Shown: in pieces, positions 60,702 to 64,000 of the stretch
Layout of the letters: each line of letters begins with the position of its first letter
Position numbering within the stretch: position 1 is the stretch's first letter
From: Alloascoidea hylecoeti
Taxonomy: Eukaryota
Length of the DNA: 64,000 nt
Direction: 5' to 3'
Assembly (NCBI GenBank): GCA_001600815.1
Contig: BCKZ01000010.1
Span: 619,506-683,505 of the forward strand
Notes under the pieces: model-generated
Databases searched by the model: none
What the model saw: only the letters and a program-made list of their open reading frames with translations
What the model was told of the DNA's origin: nothing
Program-made: the position numbers and the translations under genes

Positions 60702-63700
60702 ATGATAATACGGCTTTACTTACACCCATTTCTGTCACTTGCTTTATTATTTATACTCCATTTGACTCCAGTATTCACATTCTCTTTCTCTGTTAAACAG
60801 AAATCACAGAAGGAAAGTTCACTGGGACAATTAACGACAGATTTAGTCCAACAAAAGGGTATGTTATTAATAAAAAAAAAATATAATAGTGAGATACATA
60901 TCATATCTAAGATTTACGTCTTGCAGGATTATTTGTTTTGTGCTTCAGACTGCAAAAGCTAGGAGGATCCTGTTTACAAACGAAATCGTCTCAAGCCCTA
61001 ACATTAACATTTTCTTTTTATTAGGCTCACTGATAAATAAAATTTCAAACCTCCCTGATCTGAAGAATCGAAAACACAAAAAAAGTGAGTTAAATAAATA
61101 TAAATCTTTTTTCAAAGCACCCTCATTCTAACCGCATTTATTTAGTTTTGAGTGATTTTCACCAGGAATACAAACCTTACTATCATGGGGAGGGAATAGA
61201 AAGTCCAGAATCACCAACAATTGTTTCTCTAGAAGACGCAATAACAGTTACCATTATTGGAAGAAATATAACAGAAGAGAATGATTTTACAAGCGAACAC
61301 TATCAAGAATCGACTCTATCATATTCCAAATTGCACCAAACTACAATTGCACAGGAACTCACTGATAACCCAACACCAACTATCGAAAAACAAACCTCCC
61401 TAATATATTCGCTGTTGCCGTTAATATCGTCCACAGACTTAACACCTTCTTTTACGCCAATCCCAAGTTCTACTATTTATGAGCAAACCAAAACCAGTAC
61501 GCCATTCTGGTCTTATAATTTACAGCGTTCTCCATTGGGATCATTATACTCGCATCGAACAGATACCTCACTATTATCTAGTGATCTTCAAGTTCTGACA
61601 GCATTTTCTACAATCGCTATTTTAAGTGCAGAGTTAACTCCTTCAAATACTGAAATAAATAGTCTAAAAATAATACCTTCGTTCCCAACTGGTATATTTC
61701 CAGCTACTAAAATAACAAGCCTAAATATGCCTTCTCTTGAATTACCTTTCCCAACCAGTGTTTCTTCAGATACAACAAGAACAAGTCTAGACATATCTTC
61801 TTTGGCTGAACTAGTACATTCTTTAACTACTACTTCTTCTTTTGCTAGACCACTGGTCATACCTGGTTCACTTAAATCTTCTTACTCTAATTTTACACCA
61901 AAAAATGTCACAGAAACGATAAGTGAAGATAATATACTAGACCCCTCCATAGCATCTACCGACGCTAGTTATGCTGAAACTGTACTGCCAATAAAAACAA
62001 CTATAACTGACCAATTATCATCAACTTTGGCTTTTCCATTAGCTTCAATTGACCCAACTAAGGAAACTGAAATTCCAATAGACATATCAAATACAAAAAC
62101 AATAAAAACACCGAAGACAATAGATACACCGGATTCAATAGATACACCGAATACGATAGACACTATAATTACTACTCCAGTAGTTACATCAAATGCAATA
62201 GATACTGAAATTACTGCTACTCCAGTGGATACAATTTCTCCAATAGATGCGACTACCCCAACAGATCTAACAACTCCGACGGATCGAATTGGAACAACTA
62301 GAATACCTTCAAAAATAACATTATCAATTCCTATAACATCTGCAACTCCTAGTGAATCAGATGAATACATCCATTTGAAAATGTCTCACTCCTCTACCGC
62401 TAAACTATTTACTACAGATTCTTCCATAACTTCCAAACCTAACCTTCCAGTAGATCTATCTACAGGTGAAAGTTTCAAATCTATAAATACAGACAGTCCT
62501 AAAACCGAATCAGTGGAAACAATCAAATTATCAGGTGTAACCTCAAACCAACCTTCTTTAGATACTAAACGTGTGGGTTCATCGACAGAAATGAATACTG
62601 AAATACCAGTACGAAGTGACTTGACAGAACATGAGTCTAATAATCGGTTTAGTGTTATTAGTGATGGAAATATCATTACAACAACAGATATCACTAGACC
62701 AAAATTTCCCACTCAATCTAAAGAAGCAGATAAAACTGATGGGTATAGTATCGATAGCTTAGTTACTACCGCTGATACAGGAACCGGTACCACAAGAACT
62801 GTACCAATCACAGATCTAAAATCAAACCAAATATTAACCGCTTCAAAATTAATAATGATTACTTCTAATATAATAATTCCAAATCCAACAGAGAAATTGT
62901 CTTTGCAAACTAGTATTTTAATAGCTTCAACGGTGGACTCTGATTTACCAGAATCCACCGCGATTCCAAGACGAATTATTCCTTCCGTTGAGAATATCAA
63001 TATTCCACCCAATAGTGCATTAAGTCAGATTGGGTTTGGCTCACAATTAAACTACGAGTTTCTTCTAGAGAATCAATTAGCAGCAGTTCAATTATCATCC
63101 TTTTTACCCCCAGCCATCGCATATGGCTTAAATATTGATACAACAAAGGTCATATTCGCCTGGATTGAACCATCACAAATTCCAAATAAAGCTTATTTGG
63201 TAGCCATAGCAAAATTATATATTCCTAAAGATTCACTTGGTGATTTATCTAAACTGGTAAGAAATAATAGTTCAAGGTTATATAATAATCCAAACCCTAG
63301 TTTTAAGGCATTGCTTTCATATATTGACCTGTCAATTCCTGTTGATCCTTCTATCACTGGTCTAAACACAATAACAAAAAGTACTGTAAATCCATCATCA
63401 CAAAGTACCAACGACCCATTATATAGTAATATCGAAACAGGTTCAATTAAAGCTGCATGGTTAACGTCTGCTACTGCAATTTCTGGTATTGCTTATGTCG
63501 GAATAGTATTTACTCTAGTACGAATGCTTTTTGTATGTACTGGAAAAAGGGTAACACTTGAAAGTTCTACTAGTTCTCTGAATTCAGATCAAAATTTGAG
63601 GGCTACTGTTGAGAACAATTCTTCTTCAAATTATTTTTTGCGTTCGATTGGTCGAGCACCATTCAGATTTTTTGAATATGATAATGAAATATCAAATAAC

Positions 63701-64000
63701 CCAACACAACCAGAAATGACGCCCAGATTTAGGGAAGACCATCAAACTCATTCGGCTTCAGTAGTTCAGGATACACTTAACCCTTTTCTACCATATTCAG
63801 CTACTACTCCTGATCTAGATATCATATCTCTGGGGACAGATACTGGTATCGAGACATCTAAAAATGGTACAGTGGTTCCAAAAGAGAAGGAAGAACTTCG
63901 AAAGGGAAAAAAGGTTAGGATTTCCACTAATAGTATATCTTATCCATTGTTGTCTAAAAACACGCTTGGCTGGATGGGACCTACTGACGGTTACAATATT
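60702..64000 (+). CDS. MSB2: Msb2/Hkr1-type signalling mucin (exons 60702-60858, 61025-61084, 61146->64000; stop beyond window)
   Basis: Signal peptide; phase-consistent introns; long Ser/Thr-rich region; HMH domain IPRRIIP..QIGFGSQLNYEF..QLSSFLP..S.LYNNP..IDLSIP; TM helix ~63455-63540; C-terminal ISYPLLSKNTLGW motif. Confidence 0.8.

Noticed and set aside
61588..63411. Minus-strand Val/Ile-rich ORFs
   Set aside because: Antisense shadows of the Thr/Ser-rich MSB2-like exon.

Overview
AT-rich, intron-rich budding-yeast (Saccharomycotina-like) genomic DNA with GTAAGT/GTATGT donors and (T/A)CTAAC/T-like branch sites; intron density and a CBM1-GH45 cellulase suggest an early-branching lineage such as Dipodascaceae (inference only). 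The window opens with a defective Ty1/copia LTR retrotransposon fused to an inverted, internally deleted second copy, forming a ~208-bp fold-back hairpin. About 20 host genes follow: NNF1, SAC7-like RhoGAP, RVS167-like, MRPS28, SEC17, CBM1-GH45 endoglucanase, UPF0658-like membrane protein, ABP1, a Ser/Thr-rich wall protein, dynein light intermediate chain, a CHY/RING ligase, an SDR, NEM1-like phosphatase, a kinesin-1 tail protein, VMA5, UBX4/TUG, SED1-like, RNH70, RTT102, an EutQ-like cupin and an MSB2-like mucin missed by the ORF track. There are also pseudogenes (PXA-domain, GATA finger, UBC6-like), older copia relics and MITE-like elements. Most notable: a motorless kinesin-1/Smy1-like gene at the VMA5-SMY1 syntenic position, two fold-back retrotransposon structures that could be hairpin-RNA silencing loci, a yeast CBM1-GH45 cellulase, and an exact 261-bp duplication giving Abp1 a third, chimeric SH3. 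Family calls come from motif recognition by eye, with no database searches; exon boundaries are approximate.
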